From a virus (lineage: Duplodnaviria > Heunggongvirae > Uroviricota > Caudoviricetes), in the IMG/VR virus record IMGVR_UViG_2541047870_000005: DNA of 55,336 bases. One strand, written 5' to 3'. Below are positions 9,457 to 19,100 of this stretch, piece by piece. Made by a program: the position numbers and the translations under genes. The first letter of the stretch is position 1. The number at the start of each line of letters is the position of its first letter. Below the pieces are notes generated by a model. The model was not told the origin of the DNA. It searched no databases and saw nothing but the letters and a program-made list of their open reading frames with translations.

Positions 9457-10629
9457 TTACGCGCTGACCTGGCTGGCGAAATTCACCAGGTACTGATCGG
9501 TGATGCGCTGGCGCAGCATCAGATTTTCAAGTGGCGGCACTGGCGTGTAGTCGTAGTCGATGGTGAGTTTTCCGGCTTTAAGCGTGTCTTTGTCGTTCAC
9601 CGACTCGTCCAGCCAGCAATCACCACCAATGAGATAGCCCTGACTGACCAGGTTGCGCATTTTGGCGCGGATACCTTCGATAATGTCGCGGGCCAGCGAC
9701 GGGTTAAGCGGTTTATCCACCGCCCACATGTGTGCTTCTGCCATCGTGTCCATCAGCACCTGCGCCGTGCGGGTGTAGTTTTCGAAGACAAAGAGCGGGT
9801 CATCACTCAGGCAGCGGGAACCCCAGAAGCGGAAACCGTCTTTACGCACAAGCGTGGTGACGTCGTTCTGGTTAAGCAGTCCCGCATCAGTTGCCGGGTC
9901 CTGCAGATCCCAGAACACATCAGCAGAAATTCCGGTGACACCGTTCACGCCCACGTTGGACAGGCTTTTGTGCCACCCTGTCTGCTCATCAATTTTGGCA
10001 CGCAGACCAAGCGCACGGGCGGTGGCATATGCCGTTGCGTCGGCATTCAGCACCGTCTCCCAGCCAGTAAAGTCAGGCCAAATCAGCATCCCTTCACGCT
10101 GACTGAAGTTTTCACGGTAAGTGATCGCCTCCTGCACCGTCTTGCAGCCATACGCTGACAGATAAGCAAACCCACGCAGGCTTTGCGCCACGCCCAGCAA
10201 CTCAGTAGCAACGGCTTTATTATCGTGCCCCGGCACGCCGAGAATGCGCGGTTTAACACCGAGCTGTGACTGGGCAGATAACAGGGCTTTCATACCAGTT
10301 TTTTTACCTTCAGCAGTCACTGCGCCGATGATATTGGTCGTGGTTTCTTCTTCCGTTTCACCCTGCGGCACACGCACAACAACGGTCACGGGTTTTGCCT
10401 GGTCAGCGATGGCATCCAGCGAGCGGGCCAGCGTACCGGATTCACCCGCCTTACCGCTGGCAGTAAGCACATCAGTGATCAGCACGGGTTTATTAAGAGG
10501 GAACATTTTTGCATCGGCATCATCGCCCGTGCAGACCATGCCCACGATGGCGGTGCTCACCGTGGTAATGGATCGAGTGCCTTCGTTGACTTCAACAACG
10601 CGCACTCCGTGGTGGTAATCCTGAGCCAT
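9457..10629 (-). CDS. FI: Contractile tail sheath protein (gpFI-like)
   Basis: 390-aa ORF, size and position of the P2 sheath gene. Confidence 0.85.
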   Translation of the reverse strand: MAQDYHHGVRVVEVNEGTRSITTVSTAIVGMVCTGDDADAKMFPLNKPVLITDVLTASGKAGESGTLARSLDAIADQAKPVTVVVRVPQGETEEETTTNIIGAVTAEGKKTGMKALLSAQSQLGVKPRILGVPGHDNKAVATELLGVAQSLRGFAYLSAYGCKTVQEAITYRENFSQREGMLIWPDFTGWETVLNADATAYATARALGLRAKIDEQTGWHKSLSNVGVNGVTGISADVFWDLQDPATDAGLLNQNDVTTLVRKDGFRFWGSRCLSDDPLFVFENYTRTAQVLMDTMAEAHMWAVDKPLNPSLARDIIEGIRAKMRNLVSQGYLIGGDCWLDESVNDKDTLKAGKLTIDYDYTPVPPLENLMLRQRITDQYLVNFASQVSA

Positions 10630-10735
10630 AGTGGCGAACCTCCTGATTGGATTAGGCTTCGCCCTATGTTGAAGTGATTGTGTCTGACAAGCAGCTAAGC
10701 GCAGTTGTACCGTTATTCACACAAAATGACGGTAT

Positions 10736-11149
10736 TTATCTGCTTGCAGGGAAAACAGGCCAAATAATATCAGGTGCGGTGCTGGTATCTGTTGCCGTCA
10801 CAGCCTCGATATAATCCAGCACAACGTTAAGTCGGGTAGTTTCCTCTTGCGTCAGTTTGCGCCCGGCCTGCAGCTTTAACTGAATCACGCTGATATTGAC
10901 CATTGCTGCGTCTATCAACGACTGTTTTTTCTGTTCAGCGTCAGCTACCAGTTCATCATGAGAACGTTCCGGAGTGGGTGGTGCAGTAAATACCCCGTCT
11001 GAATACGCCCAGCCGATTCCGGGCTGCTCACTGATATCAGAAATATTAATGAGCTGCAGATTATCCGGCACAGTGAATTCATCCTCGCCATCCCAGACAA
11101 TGACATTCACAACCATCCCATTTTCAATAACTGCATATGACGCATTCAT
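10736..11149 (-). CDS. G: Tail fiber assembly protein (gpG-like)
   Basis: About 137-aa ORF immediately downstream of tail fiber gene H; start taken at the internal Met (MNASYAVIENG) abutting the H stop; the ORF track begins at 11173. Confidence 0.7.
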   Translation of the reverse strand: MNASYAVIENGMVVNVIVWDGEDEFTVPDNLQLINISDISEQPGIGWAYSDGVFTAPPTPERSHDELVADAEQKKQSLIDAAMVNISVIQLKLQAGRKLTQEETTRLNVVLDYIEAVTATDTSTAPDIIWPVFPASR

Positions 11150-13254
11150 TATGCAAACTCCTCGATAATACAAACCCCATCAGCACCTTTCCCGCCCGTC
11201 ATACTGGTTCCGCTATAACCTGCATCGTATGCACCACCTCCGCCTGAACCAAATGCCCTGCCTCTAACGCCACCGCCAGCGCCTGCGCGTCCACCGCCAC
11301 CCCAGTACGATGTTCCGCCTTCACCGCTGACGCTGATATTCCCGGACTGACCGTCGCCTCCATCTCCACCAGTGATGCGGATATCGCCAATATTCGGTAC
11401 GCCTCCGTTACCGCCGTTTGTGTTTGTGACTCCTACTTTTCCGCCGCCTTCACCACCAGGGGCTATTACCGATCCGAACGAGCTATCACCGCCCTTGAGG
11501 CCGTTCGTCGCACCAACGCCGCCGGCCCCACCTGCGCCGATAGTGACAGGATAACTATTCTGTATCGGGGTCAGTATGGTGATTACTGTCCCTCCGGCCC
11601 CACCGCCAGCACCGAAAAACGTTTCATTATTGGATATAGCCTTGCAGCCGCCCCCTCCGCCACCGCCGCCCGTTATTGTGACCCTGATCCGTTTTGTTCC
11701 TGGCGTCGGGGTGTACGTACCTGATGACGTGAAAACCCGGGTATTCACCAAGCGTCCCACGTATCCACTTGCATCGCTCAAGCCAAGGTCAGCAGCAGTA
11801 GGTTTAATATGTGAACTGTAAATTACATATACAGTTCCATCTGTCAGGCCTGTTGGTTTATTCGCTGTATAAGTTGGTGATGTATGAATCGTTACGCTGG
11901 CGTTACTGGTATAATCCCACTGAATATTAACACCTGTGGCGTAATTACCTATTTCAACATAAACATCATAGGTATCACCGGATGTATTCACCCATGCAAA
12001 ATTAGTAAATCCAACCGATGTCCGTCGCCATAACGCACCAGTAAGATCTTTTGGATTTCCATTTCCCGCACGAAGAACAAGTTCAGATATACCAGCCTGC
12101 ATAGGGGAGTTAACATTATATCCAGCACCACCAATCAGACTTATGTAAACCACGGAACTGGCCTGTGGCATAGTTACAGTTGCCAGCCTGAACCATCCTG
12201 TACCACCACTAAAAGACATGGTTGTTGAATTTGTTGCTCCAATATTGCGCAGGAATAATCTTTTATCAGGAATATCCGCGCCGTTCTGATCTTTCTGAAG
12301 ACGTTTTTCAGCATTGTCATAGGCAGACTTCACCGCTTTCGGTGTTGCGGCCAGCGTTTCAGAAGTGCTATTGGTGGCGCTACTGAGTTGCACGGTGCCT
12401 TTTACCGTCAGTGAAGCTGCAGGCACATCCGTTATCTGGCTCCACGGGTGCGTGTGACTGACAGGTGCCTTACCTGCTGCAAGGTCATATGCCGCCTTCA
12501 CTGCCTTTGGTGTGGCAGCCTGCGTTTCTGACGTGCTGTTAGTGGCGCTGCTAAGTTGCACAATTCCTTTTACCGTCAGCGAGGCTGCAGGCACACCTGT
12601 TATCTGATTCCACGGGTGTGTGTGACTGGCGGATGCTTTACCTGCTGCAAGATCATATGCAGCCTTCACAGCCTTCGGTGTTGCGGCCAGTATTTCGGAT
12701 TCACTGTTGGTCGCACTGCTTAACTGAGTAAAACCTTTTGCGGTCAGCGAGGCGTCCGGGTGACGTCGTGACTGTTCGTGCTCTGATATTTTGTCATCCA
12801 CATACTTGCGAGTTGCCAGTACTACAGCAGGGTCGATTTTCAGGGTGATATTGTCCGTGCTGCTGGTAATCAGCACCATGCGCACGGTCTGGGTGCGCCC
12901 GCTGCCTTCAGCCAGTTGCGGCTTATAGCTTTCCGGGCAGTTTCCCACGGCAATCAATGCCCCGGATTCATCAAACAGGCCCACTTCACGTATCCACCAA
13001 CCGCCCTCGTTTTCAGGGATCACCTGTTCAGCAATAATCTGGCTGCTGTTCTGTGGGTCGATATAGAGCATATTCAGCGCAGCCCGGCGTTTCTCATTTA
13101 CCAGTGCAGTCTGCTTTGAGTCTGGCGTTGGCAATACTCCGCCGCCATCGCCGACCGCCATATGGGTAATTTTTAGCGGCACACCGAGCGCGGCGGCGCT
13201 GGCAAGTTTCGCCGCGCCAATATCCGTCAGCAGGGTATAAAATTTTGTGCTCAT
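11149..13254 (-). CDS. H: Tail fiber protein (gpH-like) with three tandem repeats and a glycine-rich C-terminal domain
   Basis: 701-aa ORF; thrice-repeated motif ATPKAVK(A/S)AYDLAAGKA..SHTHPW; C-terminal poly-Gly tracts. Confidence 0.8.
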   Translation of the reverse strand: MSTKFYTLLTDIGAAKLASAAALGVPLKITHMAVGDGGGVLPTPDSKQTALVNEKRRAALNMLYIDPQNSSQIIAEQVIPENEGGWWIREVGLFDESGALIAVGNCPESYKPQLAEGSGRTQTVRMVLITSSTDNITLKIDPAVVLATRKYVDDKISEHEQSRRHPDASLTAKGFTQLSSATNSESEILAATPKAVKAAYDLAAGKASASHTHPWNQITGVPAASLTVKGIVQLSSATNSTSETQAATPKAVKAAYDLAAGKAPVSHTHPWSQITDVPAASLTVKGTVQLSSATNSTSETLAATPKAVKSAYDNAEKRLQKDQNGADIPDKRLFLRNIGATNSTTMSFSGGTGWFRLATVTMPQASSVVYISLIGGAGYNVNSPMQAGISELVLRAGNGNPKDLTGALWRRTSVGFTNFAWVNTSGDTYDVYVEIGNYATGVNIQWDYTSNASVTIHTSPTYTANKPTGLTDGTVYVIYSSHIKPTAADLGLSDASGYVGRLVNTRVFTSSGTYTPTPGTKRIRVTITGGGGGGGGCKAISNNETFFGAGGGAGGTVITILTPIQNSYPVTIGAGGAGGVGATNGLKGGDSSFGSVIAPGGEGGGKVGVTNTNGGNGGVPNIGDIRITGGDGGDGQSGNISVSGEGGTSYWGGGGRAGAGGGVRGRAFGSGGGGAYDAGYSGTSMTGGKGADGVCIIEEFA
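12300..12770. repeat. Three tandem coding repeats of about 150 bp inside tail fiber gene H
   Basis: Near-identical DNA units (e.g. gccttcactgcctttggtgtggcagcctgcgtttctgacgtgct...) repeated three times, matching the repeated peptide motif. Confidence 0.7.
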
Positions 13255-13856
13255 GGATTCACTCTCATTGTGTCAATAACATGGACCGCCCCGCCTTCAT
13301 GCGCGGTGCCGCCAGAAATAATTGTTTCGTTGATATACGGATAGATCGTGATTTCTTCGCCAAGATAGCTGGCGGCCCCCACCCAATGCGGACCGCTGGT
13401 CTGCAGATTGATGGACATGCCGATCATGTGACGGCTACATGGTTTGGCATCGCTTATCAGCCGCTCAAGTTCCAGATAGGTATCTTCAGTGATGCCCTGG
13501 TCCTGCACGCCGATATCCAGGCGAAACGTGCCCGGTGTCTCTCCGGTCTGCCACCACTCAATAATGCGGATCAGAAAGCCGAACGGCTCCACCACCCGCC
13601 GCACGGCACTGGTGGTCCCTTTATGCTGATGAATATAAAAAGCATCCTTCACCACCTGGCGCTTGACGCTTTCTGTCCAGCCCTCATCCCAGCGATCCAC
13701 AGAGAACGCCCAGGCGAGATAAGGCAGGAAACTGATCGGACAGGTTGCCGGATTCCACAAGTCACGCAGCGGCACCTGCAGATCAGTAATCCCGCTGCAG
13801 GTTTGCGCCAGTCGGCGCTCCAGTGGCGTTGAACCCGGTGGCAGCAGACTATTCAT
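13251..13856 (-). CDS. I: Baseplate protein gpI-like
   Basis: 201-aa ORF between J and H; synteny. Confidence 0.7.
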   Translation of the reverse strand: MNSLLPPGSTPLERRLAQTCSGITDLQVPLRDLWNPATCPISFLPYLAWAFSVDRWDEGWTESVKRQVVKDAFYIHQHKGTTSAVRRVVEPFGFLIRIIEWWQTGETPGTFRLDIGVQDQGITEDTYLELERLISDAKPCSRHMIGMSINLQTSGPHWVGAASYLGEEITIYPYINETIISGGTAHEGGAVHVIDTMRVNP

Positions 13857-14796
13857 CCGTTCCCCCGTTGGTCACGCTCCACTGCGTACATGATGCCGCC
13901 TGCGTTTTGTTCAGGACCACGTCCGCCTGCGGGGAAGCCAGTTCCACACGCTGAACACCCTCAACATGCAGCGCGGCAAAAATGGCGCTACGGCGAATAT
14001 CCCGACCAAGCCGCGTCTGACTGGCAATGTACCTCTGCAGGCTGGCTTTTGCCGCTGCCATTACCGGCTCTGCTTCCGGTCCCGGATAGAGAAAAATGGT
14101 GGCTTCCACGCGGTACGGGATGATTTTCGCGCTGCGAACCGTCAGACGGTCAGCCACCGGGCGGACATTCTCACTGTTCAGTGCTTTCTCCACCACATCC
14201 AGCAGGTCTTTTTCTGCTGTTCCGTCGCCTTCGCGGCTAAGGACTGTCAGCACCACCTCTGCAGGTGCCGGGCTGGTTGCACTGGCATCCGCCACCCGAC
14301 CGTCGGCGCTTCGGGCATGAAATTCATAAGCTGCTGTTGGCCCCGCAACAGAAAGCCCTTCAAAGGCTGCAGGCACACGCAGGCGTAACGCTTCATCGCT
14401 TTCCATCACAGCTGCAACGGGCGGCACAGCATCATTATCAGCAGGCGTCACCGTCAGGCGTGTAACGTTGTAGTTGGCAGCGAGCTGGTCAAGATCGCCG
14501 CCCATCGCGTAAGCCACCATCACCGCCTGCGCGGCTTCGTTAATGCGCTGGCGCAGAAGCAACTCACGGTAAGCGTTCTCCTGCAACAATTTAGTGACGG
14601 GTTCAGATTCCAGTTCCAGCGTGCGGATCACGGCTTCCTGCTCATCTTTCGGATGAAGCGCCACAAATTCTGCTTTGCGTTCGGCAAGCAGCGTCTCAAA
14701 GTCCGGCACATCCACAATCTGCGGTGCAGGCAACTGCGAAAGGTCAATCACTGCCATTCTCTGCTCCTGTTGATACGGAAAGGGACACAGGCACAC
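13849..14796 (-). CDS. J: Baseplate assembly protein gpJ-like
   Basis: 315-aa ORF between W and I; synteny and size. Confidence 0.75.
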   Translation of the reverse strand: MCLCPFPYQQEQRMAVIDLSQLPAPQIVDVPDFETLLAERKAEFVALHPKDEQEAVIRTLELESEPVTKLLQENAYRELLLRQRINEAAQAVMVAYAMGGDLDQLAANYNVTRLTVTPADNDAVPPVAAVMESDEALRLRVPAAFEGLSVAGPTAAYEFHARSADGRVADASATSPAPAEVVLTVLSREGDGTAEKDLLDVVEKALNSENVRPVADRLTVRSAKIIPYRVEATIFLYPGPEAEPVMAAAKASLQRYIASQTRLGRDIRRSAIFAALHVEGVQRVELASPQADVVLNKTQAASCTQWSVTNGGTDE

Positions 14797-15103
14797 CGTT
14801 ATTCCGCCGCCCGGTCAGCTCCATCACCATAGAACCGTCAAAGTTGCTGTTGATGGTGATGGAATCCAGCGTCAGCCGTGGCTCCCAGCGACTCAGCGCC
14901 ACATACACTGCCGACATGACCTGCAGGCGTAATGCCGGATTTTGTGGCTGATCTATTAAAACCGACAGGAGGGAACCATATTCCCGGCGGGCAATGCGGC
15001 TACCCTGCGGTGTCAGCAGAATGTCCCGCACCGACTGGCGCAGATGATCAATATCAGTAATGACTTTGCCGCTGGTATTGTTCATCCCGCTATAAAGCGT
15101 CAT
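14744..15103 (-). CDS. W: Baseplate protein gpW-like
   Basis: 119-aa ORF between V and J. Confidence 0.7.
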   Translation of the reverse strand: MTLYSGMNNTSGKVITDIDHLRQSVRDILLTPQGSRIARREYGSLLSVLIDQPQNPALRLQVMSAVYVALSRWEPRLTLDSITINSNFDGSMVMELTGRRNNGVPVSLSVSTGAENGSD

Positions 15104-15744
15104 ACCGGGCCTCCGGTTGTATCGCCGCCTTTCAGGACGCCAGTATGCTGATGCGCATCAACCACAATCCCGTTAGAACTCATCGCACCGCCGCCCTGGG
15201 TAACGCCACCATTGATCACCACTTCGCTGTTAATACGCGTGCGGTCAGCCTCCAGCACAAACTCACAGGTTTTCAGGGTGATGTTGTCGGCAGCCTCAAT
15301 GACCATGGATTTGATGCCCCTGACATACCAGCGCCCGGTGGTGGGCTCGTATTCAAACCAGCCGCCGTCAGGATGTTCTGTCACGCAGGCGTCTGCCGAC
15401 GTCGACGGTGGCGCGAACTGATTCGAATAGACAGCGGGCAACGCAAAGGCGGTTTCCAGATTTCCGCCCAGACTCAGCAGCACCACCTGCTCACCTTCCG
15501 ATGGTCGCCACCATGTGCGGGCATTCCCGGCACGCAGCGTCAGCCAGCTGATCCAGTTGGTTTCAAGGTCGCCCGTTTTCACCCGGCAAAGCCAGTTTGT
15601 CCTGTCCACTTCGGTGACTACCCCAGTGCGGATCAGGTTGGTGATAAGGCGCATGATTTCGGTTAATTGTGCGTTCATGCTGACAATATTGTTTCTTAAA
15701 CTGAGTGATTGCATCGAAGTGGTTTTGTATGATTGCAGGCACAA
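15100..15744 (-). CDS. V: Baseplate spike/assembly protein gpV-like
   Basis: 214-aa ORF upstream of W, 4-bp overlap. Confidence 0.7.
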   Translation of the reverse strand: MCLQSYKTTSMQSLSLRNNIVSMNAQLTEIMRLITNLIRTGVVTEVDRTNWLCRVKTGDLETNWISWLTLRAGNARTWWRPSEGEQVVLLSLGGNLETAFALPAVYSNQFAPPSTSADACVTEHPDGGWFEYEPTTGRWYVRGIKSMVIEAADNITLKTCEFVLEADRTRINSEVVINGGVTQGGGAMSSNGIVVDAHQHTGVLKGGDTTGGPV

Positions 15745-15766
15745 GTTGTAACTAAGGAGGCGATTG

Positions 15767-16204
15767 ATGAAGTCTTGGAAAAACCGAGGATTTAAAAAAA
15801 GGGTTCTTGAATATGTTTACTGTTTCTCCGCTGCTCCATTTTTAGCCATGTTCTACACGTTGTCAGAAAACCAGCTGACAATGTTTATAATTTTCTTCAC
15901 TGTGAGTTTTTATCTCACTCTGATGGTATCCGTTTTTTTAACAAAACGAGGATTTAACAAAGTATTCAAAGAATTCTTTAATTTATTATGGAACTATGAA
16001 ACGGCCTTCGTTTTTTGCTATGGCCTTTATACTTATCTTTATAGAATTGATGGGCAGAAAACTTTATCAAACGTCCTTACCATTATGTTTTCAGCTCACC
16101 CATGGACACTTATTTTCGGCATCGGACTCTTGGTTTTCACAGTAATTTTCAGGTTTGCTCTGAGTGTCGCTGACTTGCTAGTTGAAGTTAAGTCAGATAT
16201 ATAA
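15767..16204 (+). CDS. AT-rich moron: predicted four-helix integral membrane protein on the opposite strand to the tail genes
   Basis: Strong Shine-Dalgarno taaggagg 8-9 nt upstream of the ATG at 15767; four hydrophobic segments; markedly lower GC than flanking V and S. Confidence 0.6.
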   Translation: MKSWKNRGFKKRVLEYVYCFSAAPFLAMFYTLSENQLTMFIIFFTVSFYLTLMVSVFLTKRGFNKVFKEFFNLLWNYETAFVFCYGLYTYLYRIDGQKTLSNVLTIMFSAHPWTLIFGIGLLVFTVIFRFALSVADLLVEVKSDI

Positions 16205-16228
16205 TGAAACAATACAACCATAGAATTT

Positions 16229-16678
16229 TTAACTATTTACCAGCCAATCACATAATATATCCTTGGTGAAATCTAAAACATCTTTGTTGCTTCCTAACAA
16301 TTTCCGCTCTGCATAACGGACCTCAGGTCCTTTGCGACTGACGCGATCACGCAGGCCGTAATGGTGAACACGGGCAATACGCTGTACCTTACCTTCAAAC
16401 TGCACGCTGGCAGAATCGGCGCTGGCGGCAGTTTTCAGGTATTTTGTGGTGCGAAGCTTTGTAAACATCTGACGTTTGATGCGCCCCTTTTTACTACGTG
16501 CTGTTACCCTTCGCGGTTCATAGCTGCTGCCATCAGGATTACGCTGCATCCTGATGTTCTGCTGCTGTGTCCGGCGCAGTTCCTGCGCCAGCTGGCGCAT
16601 CATGCGGCTTCTTGCGGCTGGCTCCAGATTCGCCAGCAAGGCACTCAGCCAGTCGTCCACCTTCTGCAATTCAGCCAC
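16229..16678 (-). CDS. S: Tail completion protein gpS-like
   Basis: 149-aa ORF; synteny R-S. Confidence 0.7.
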   Translation of the reverse strand: MAELQKVDDWLSALLANLEPAARSRMMRQLAQELRRTQQQNIRMQRNPDGSSYEPRRVTARSKKGRIKRQMFTKLRTTKYLKTAASADSASVQFEGKVQRIARVHHYGLRDRVSRKGPEVRYAERKLLGSNKDVLDFTKDILCDWLVNS

Positions 16679-17123
16679 GTTTCACCGTCCACATTTCTTC
16701 AGGTTCATCGGGTTCCGCTACAGCTTCAACACTCGACACACTGCCGTCAGTGCTGACCAGCACACGCTCCGTCAGTTGCAGGTTAAGGCTGATATCACAG
16801 ACATCGTTGCGCAAAATATCCACCTCAAAGGTGAATAACTTTTCCCGTAACGCCGGGTTATTGATGGCATCAGGCTGGTTATCCCGCAGCCACAATAAAA
16901 CCGGGGCCATCAACAGATTCTGGTCGCCGCTGAAATCCTCAATCACCACGTTCAGGGTGTAACGGTACTCCCATGACATGGAGCTGGCCCCCGTAGCAAC
17001 CAGCGAACCGTTATCCACAAACAGATGCAGTTTGTCCGGGTTATTGCGGACATAAGGCACCGCTTTATTGAGGGCGTGGCGCAGGGATTGTGGTTTGTTC
17101 ACTGTTTCGCTCCTGACACGCAA
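16671..17123 (-). CDS. R: Tail completion protein gpR-like
   Basis: 150-aa ORF; synteny. Confidence 0.7.
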   Translation of the reverse strand: MRVRSETVNKPQSLRHALNKAVPYVRNNPDKLHLFVDNGSLVATGASSMSWEYRYTLNVVIEDFSGDQNLLMAPVLLWLRDNQPDAINNPALREKLFTFEVDILRNDVCDISLNLQLTERVLVSTDGSVSSVEAVAEPDEPEEMWTVKRG

Positions 17124-17355
17124 TAATCATGTCCACTTTGTCTGCACAGACCGCCCAGGCGGCCTCCGTTTCATCCAGCAATGCGTTCAGATCACCGTTA
17201 GTGCGCGGCGTTGCCTGATCCAGCCGACACGGCGTCACTCGCGGACAACCACTGACGGTAAGCTGCACCTCCGGTGAATGCCGGACGTTTCCGCAGCCGG
17301 ATAATGTCAGCAGGCAAAGGAGTATCAGCCCAGCGGCGTAAATCCTCGTTCTCAC
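17065..17355 (-). CDS. lysC: LysC-like outer-membrane lipoprotein spanin (o-spanin), embedded in/overlapping lysB
   Basis: 96-aa ORF with signal peptide and lipobox LTLSGC, in a different frame inside lysB and extending into R. Confidence 0.6.
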   Translation of the reverse strand: MRTRIYAAGLILLCLLTLSGCGNVRHSPEVQLTVSGCPRVTPCRLDQATPRTNGDLNALLDETEAAWAVCADKVDMIIACQERNSEQTTIPAPRPQ

Positions 17356-17626
17356 GTTTCAGTTCCTCAATCCGGCGTTGTCGTTGTCTCAGCAGTGCAC
17401 TGGTCTGTTCTGCTTCGGCGTAGAGCCGCGCCTGCTCCCGATTGTTGGTTTCAGCCAGAATGGACAGACTGATCAGCTGACTATTTTTCTTCGTTAGTTC
17501 GTGCGCTTTACTTTTCAGCGCCGCGCGCTGCGTTTCGATGGTGTGGCTGGCGCTGTTAAGCCGCCACGACTGCCAGCCCAGCGCAACGAGTGCCAGCGCC
17601 GCCACTACCGCCAGCGCACGTGTCAT
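17198..17626 (-). CDS. lysB: LysB-like inner-membrane spanin (i-spanin)
   Basis: 142-aa ORF, N-terminal transmembrane helix then charged coiled-coil region, downstream of the endolysin. Confidence 0.7.
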   Translation of the reverse strand: MTRALAVVAALALVALGWQSWRLNSASHTIETQRAALKSKAHELTKKNSQLISLSILAETNNREQARLYAEAEQTSALLRQRQRRIEELKRENEDLRRWADTPLPADIIRLRKRPAFTGGAAYRQWLSASDAVSAGSGNAAH

Positions 17627-18138
17627 AGTCCAGCTCCTTTAAGGCACCAGGCCATCTCCCGCGCACGGCGGTTATCCAGCCCCTGATTAAAAACACCTTT
17701 CACATAAACCCAGCGCGGCAACTGTCGGCACGCATCCGCCCAGCGCCGCTGATTGAGCAATTTCACCAGCGTGGAACTACAGGCATTGCCCGTCCCCACG
17801 TTGAAGGCAAACGACACCGTAGCGTCATACACCTTCTGTGGCGGCTGTTGCTTTACACACCTTTCCAGTGCCCGCTCCACACGCAGCACGTTGGAGATCA
17901 GCCCTTCTGCTGCCTGTCGTTCCGTGATTGTTTTGCCGGGAATGACGCCCGATGTATTACCAATGCCGTCGGTCCAGACACCCGCGCTGCACTGATACGG
18001 CTGCAGACGACAGCCTTCGTAATCGGCAATCAGTTTCACCCCCTCTACGGAGGTGTGAAGCTGCTGAAAACCCGGCAGAGTGGCAGCAATAGCCAGCACG
18101 GTCCCGACAAGGCAACGTTTAACGATTGATGGATTCAT
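17623..18138 (-). CDS. K: Phage endolysin (lysozyme family), with N-terminal hydrophobic segment
   Basis: 171-aa ORF in the P2 K position; N-terminal CLVGTVLAIAATLPGF looks like a signal-anchor; lysozyme assignment is by position and size. Confidence 0.7.
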   Translation of the reverse strand: MNPSIVKRCLVGTVLAIAATLPGFQQLHTSVEGVKLIADYEGCRLQPYQCSAGVWTDGIGNTSGVIPGKTITERQAAEGLISNVLRVERALERCVKQQPPQKVYDATVSFAFNVGTGNACSSTLVKLLNQRRWADACRQLPRWVYVKGVFNQGLDNRRAREMAWCLKGAGL

Positions 18139-18334
18139 AATCCTCCCGCGAGATCTGCCCGTCGCGCAGAAGCTGGTAGGCTTTGTGTTTGTAGTACCAG
18201 TTGATAGCCAGCATCAGCACACCAATCATCAGGCCGCCCAGCGTTGAGGCATCCTTGATGGACAAATCGCCCAGCCAGGCCAGCACGACGGCGATGCAAT
18301 ACGTGATAAAGGCGCTGATTCGCTCAAGCGTCAT
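18119..18334 (-). CDS. Y: Holin
   Basis: 71-aa ORF with two hydrophobic helices and a charged C-terminus, immediately upstream of the endolysin. Confidence 0.65.
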   Translation of the reverse strand: MTLERISAFITYCIAVVLAWLGDLSIKDASTLGGLMIGVLMLAINWYYKHKAYQLLRDGQISREDYESINR

Positions 18335-18337
18335 AAT

Positions 18338-18541
18338 TCAGTCCCATAGCTGGACGGTCTGCACGGTGGTGGTTGTCGGAATGTCCGGCAGCTCCACCTG
18401 CAGCCCGTGAGGTAAAAAGGGGCCGTATTCGGCAAGCCCCGGATTTGCCTTCAGTACCTGCTCCGTGACACCCTGCGTGCGCCCGTAATGACGCCAGCAA
18501 AGTGCGTCCACCGTGTCATACTGATGCGCACGCACTTTCAT
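18338..18541 (-). CDS. X: Tail protein gpX-like
   Basis: 67-aa ORF, same size and position as P2 X. Confidence 0.65.
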   Translation of the reverse strand: MKVRAHQYDTVDALCWRHYGRTQGVTEQVLKANPGLAEYGPFLPHGLQVELPDIPTTTTVQTVQLWD

Positions 18542-19068
18542 CAGATAAGCTCCACTGTGCAGTGCGGCGCATCCTGCACCCGGCTGATGGCCCAGCGGGC
18601 GTCACGCCATAAATCACCGCTTGCTTCCGCCAGTTCCTCGCCTCGCTTCGCACCGGATGCCGTGGCGTCATAGTCCTGGTAACGTTCGTTGAGCATGGCG
18701 CGTGCCCAGCAGTAAACCGCGTTGAAATAGTGCTGAATGCGCTCGCTTTTGCCGTCCAGTTGTTCCGCCGGGACTTCTGCCAGCGAGGCATACCCCAGCA
18801 TCTGCTGGCGTCTGCGAAACTCATACAGCTCTGCGTTGACCTCCGAAATTGCCGACAGCGCAACCTGCTTTAAACGCGGCTGCGTCACTGTGCCGTCAGT
18901 GCGCATGACACTGCGAAACTCCGACAGGTCCACATCAGGCCAGAACAGCGTATTTCTGATGATTTCCGCCTGTTCCGGTGCCTGTTCTGGCGCAACAAAC
19001 TTCATGCTGCTTTCTCCTGAAATAGAGGGCGGTGGACGGAGTTTTGATGTGGCTGTGCCTTTCGCCAC
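18541..19068 (-). CDS. L: Head completion/stabilisation protein gpL-like
   Basis: 175-aa ORF downstream of M. Confidence 0.7.
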   Translation of the reverse strand: MAKGTATSKLRPPPSISGESSMKFVAPEQAPEQAEIIRNTLFWPDVDLSEFRSVMRTDGTVTQPRLKQVALSAISEVNAELYEFRRRQQMLGYASLAEVPAEQLDGKSERIQHYFNAVYCWARAMLNERYQDYDATASGAKRGEELAEASGDLWRDARWAISRVQDAPHCTVELI

Positions 19069-19100
19069 CCCGTGCCGCCCGTGCGCGGGGGCACGTTCTG

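Noticed and set aside
10630-10735. Z/fun-equivalent hotspot between tail fiber assembly gene G and sheath gene FI
   Set aside because: Only about 100 bp of intergenic DNA with no ORF; this known P2 cargo site is empty in this prophage.
11372-11821. Proline-rich plus-strand ORFs opposite the tail fiber C-terminal domain
   Set aside because: Poly-Pro translation is the complement of the poly-Gly (GGN) codons of the fiber gene; not independent genes.
12300-12770. Tandem direct repeats that might suggest a CRISPR-like array
   Set aside because: Repeats are about 150 bp, in frame within the tail fiber ORF and encode a repeated peptide; there are no short repeat-spacer units anywhere in the window.
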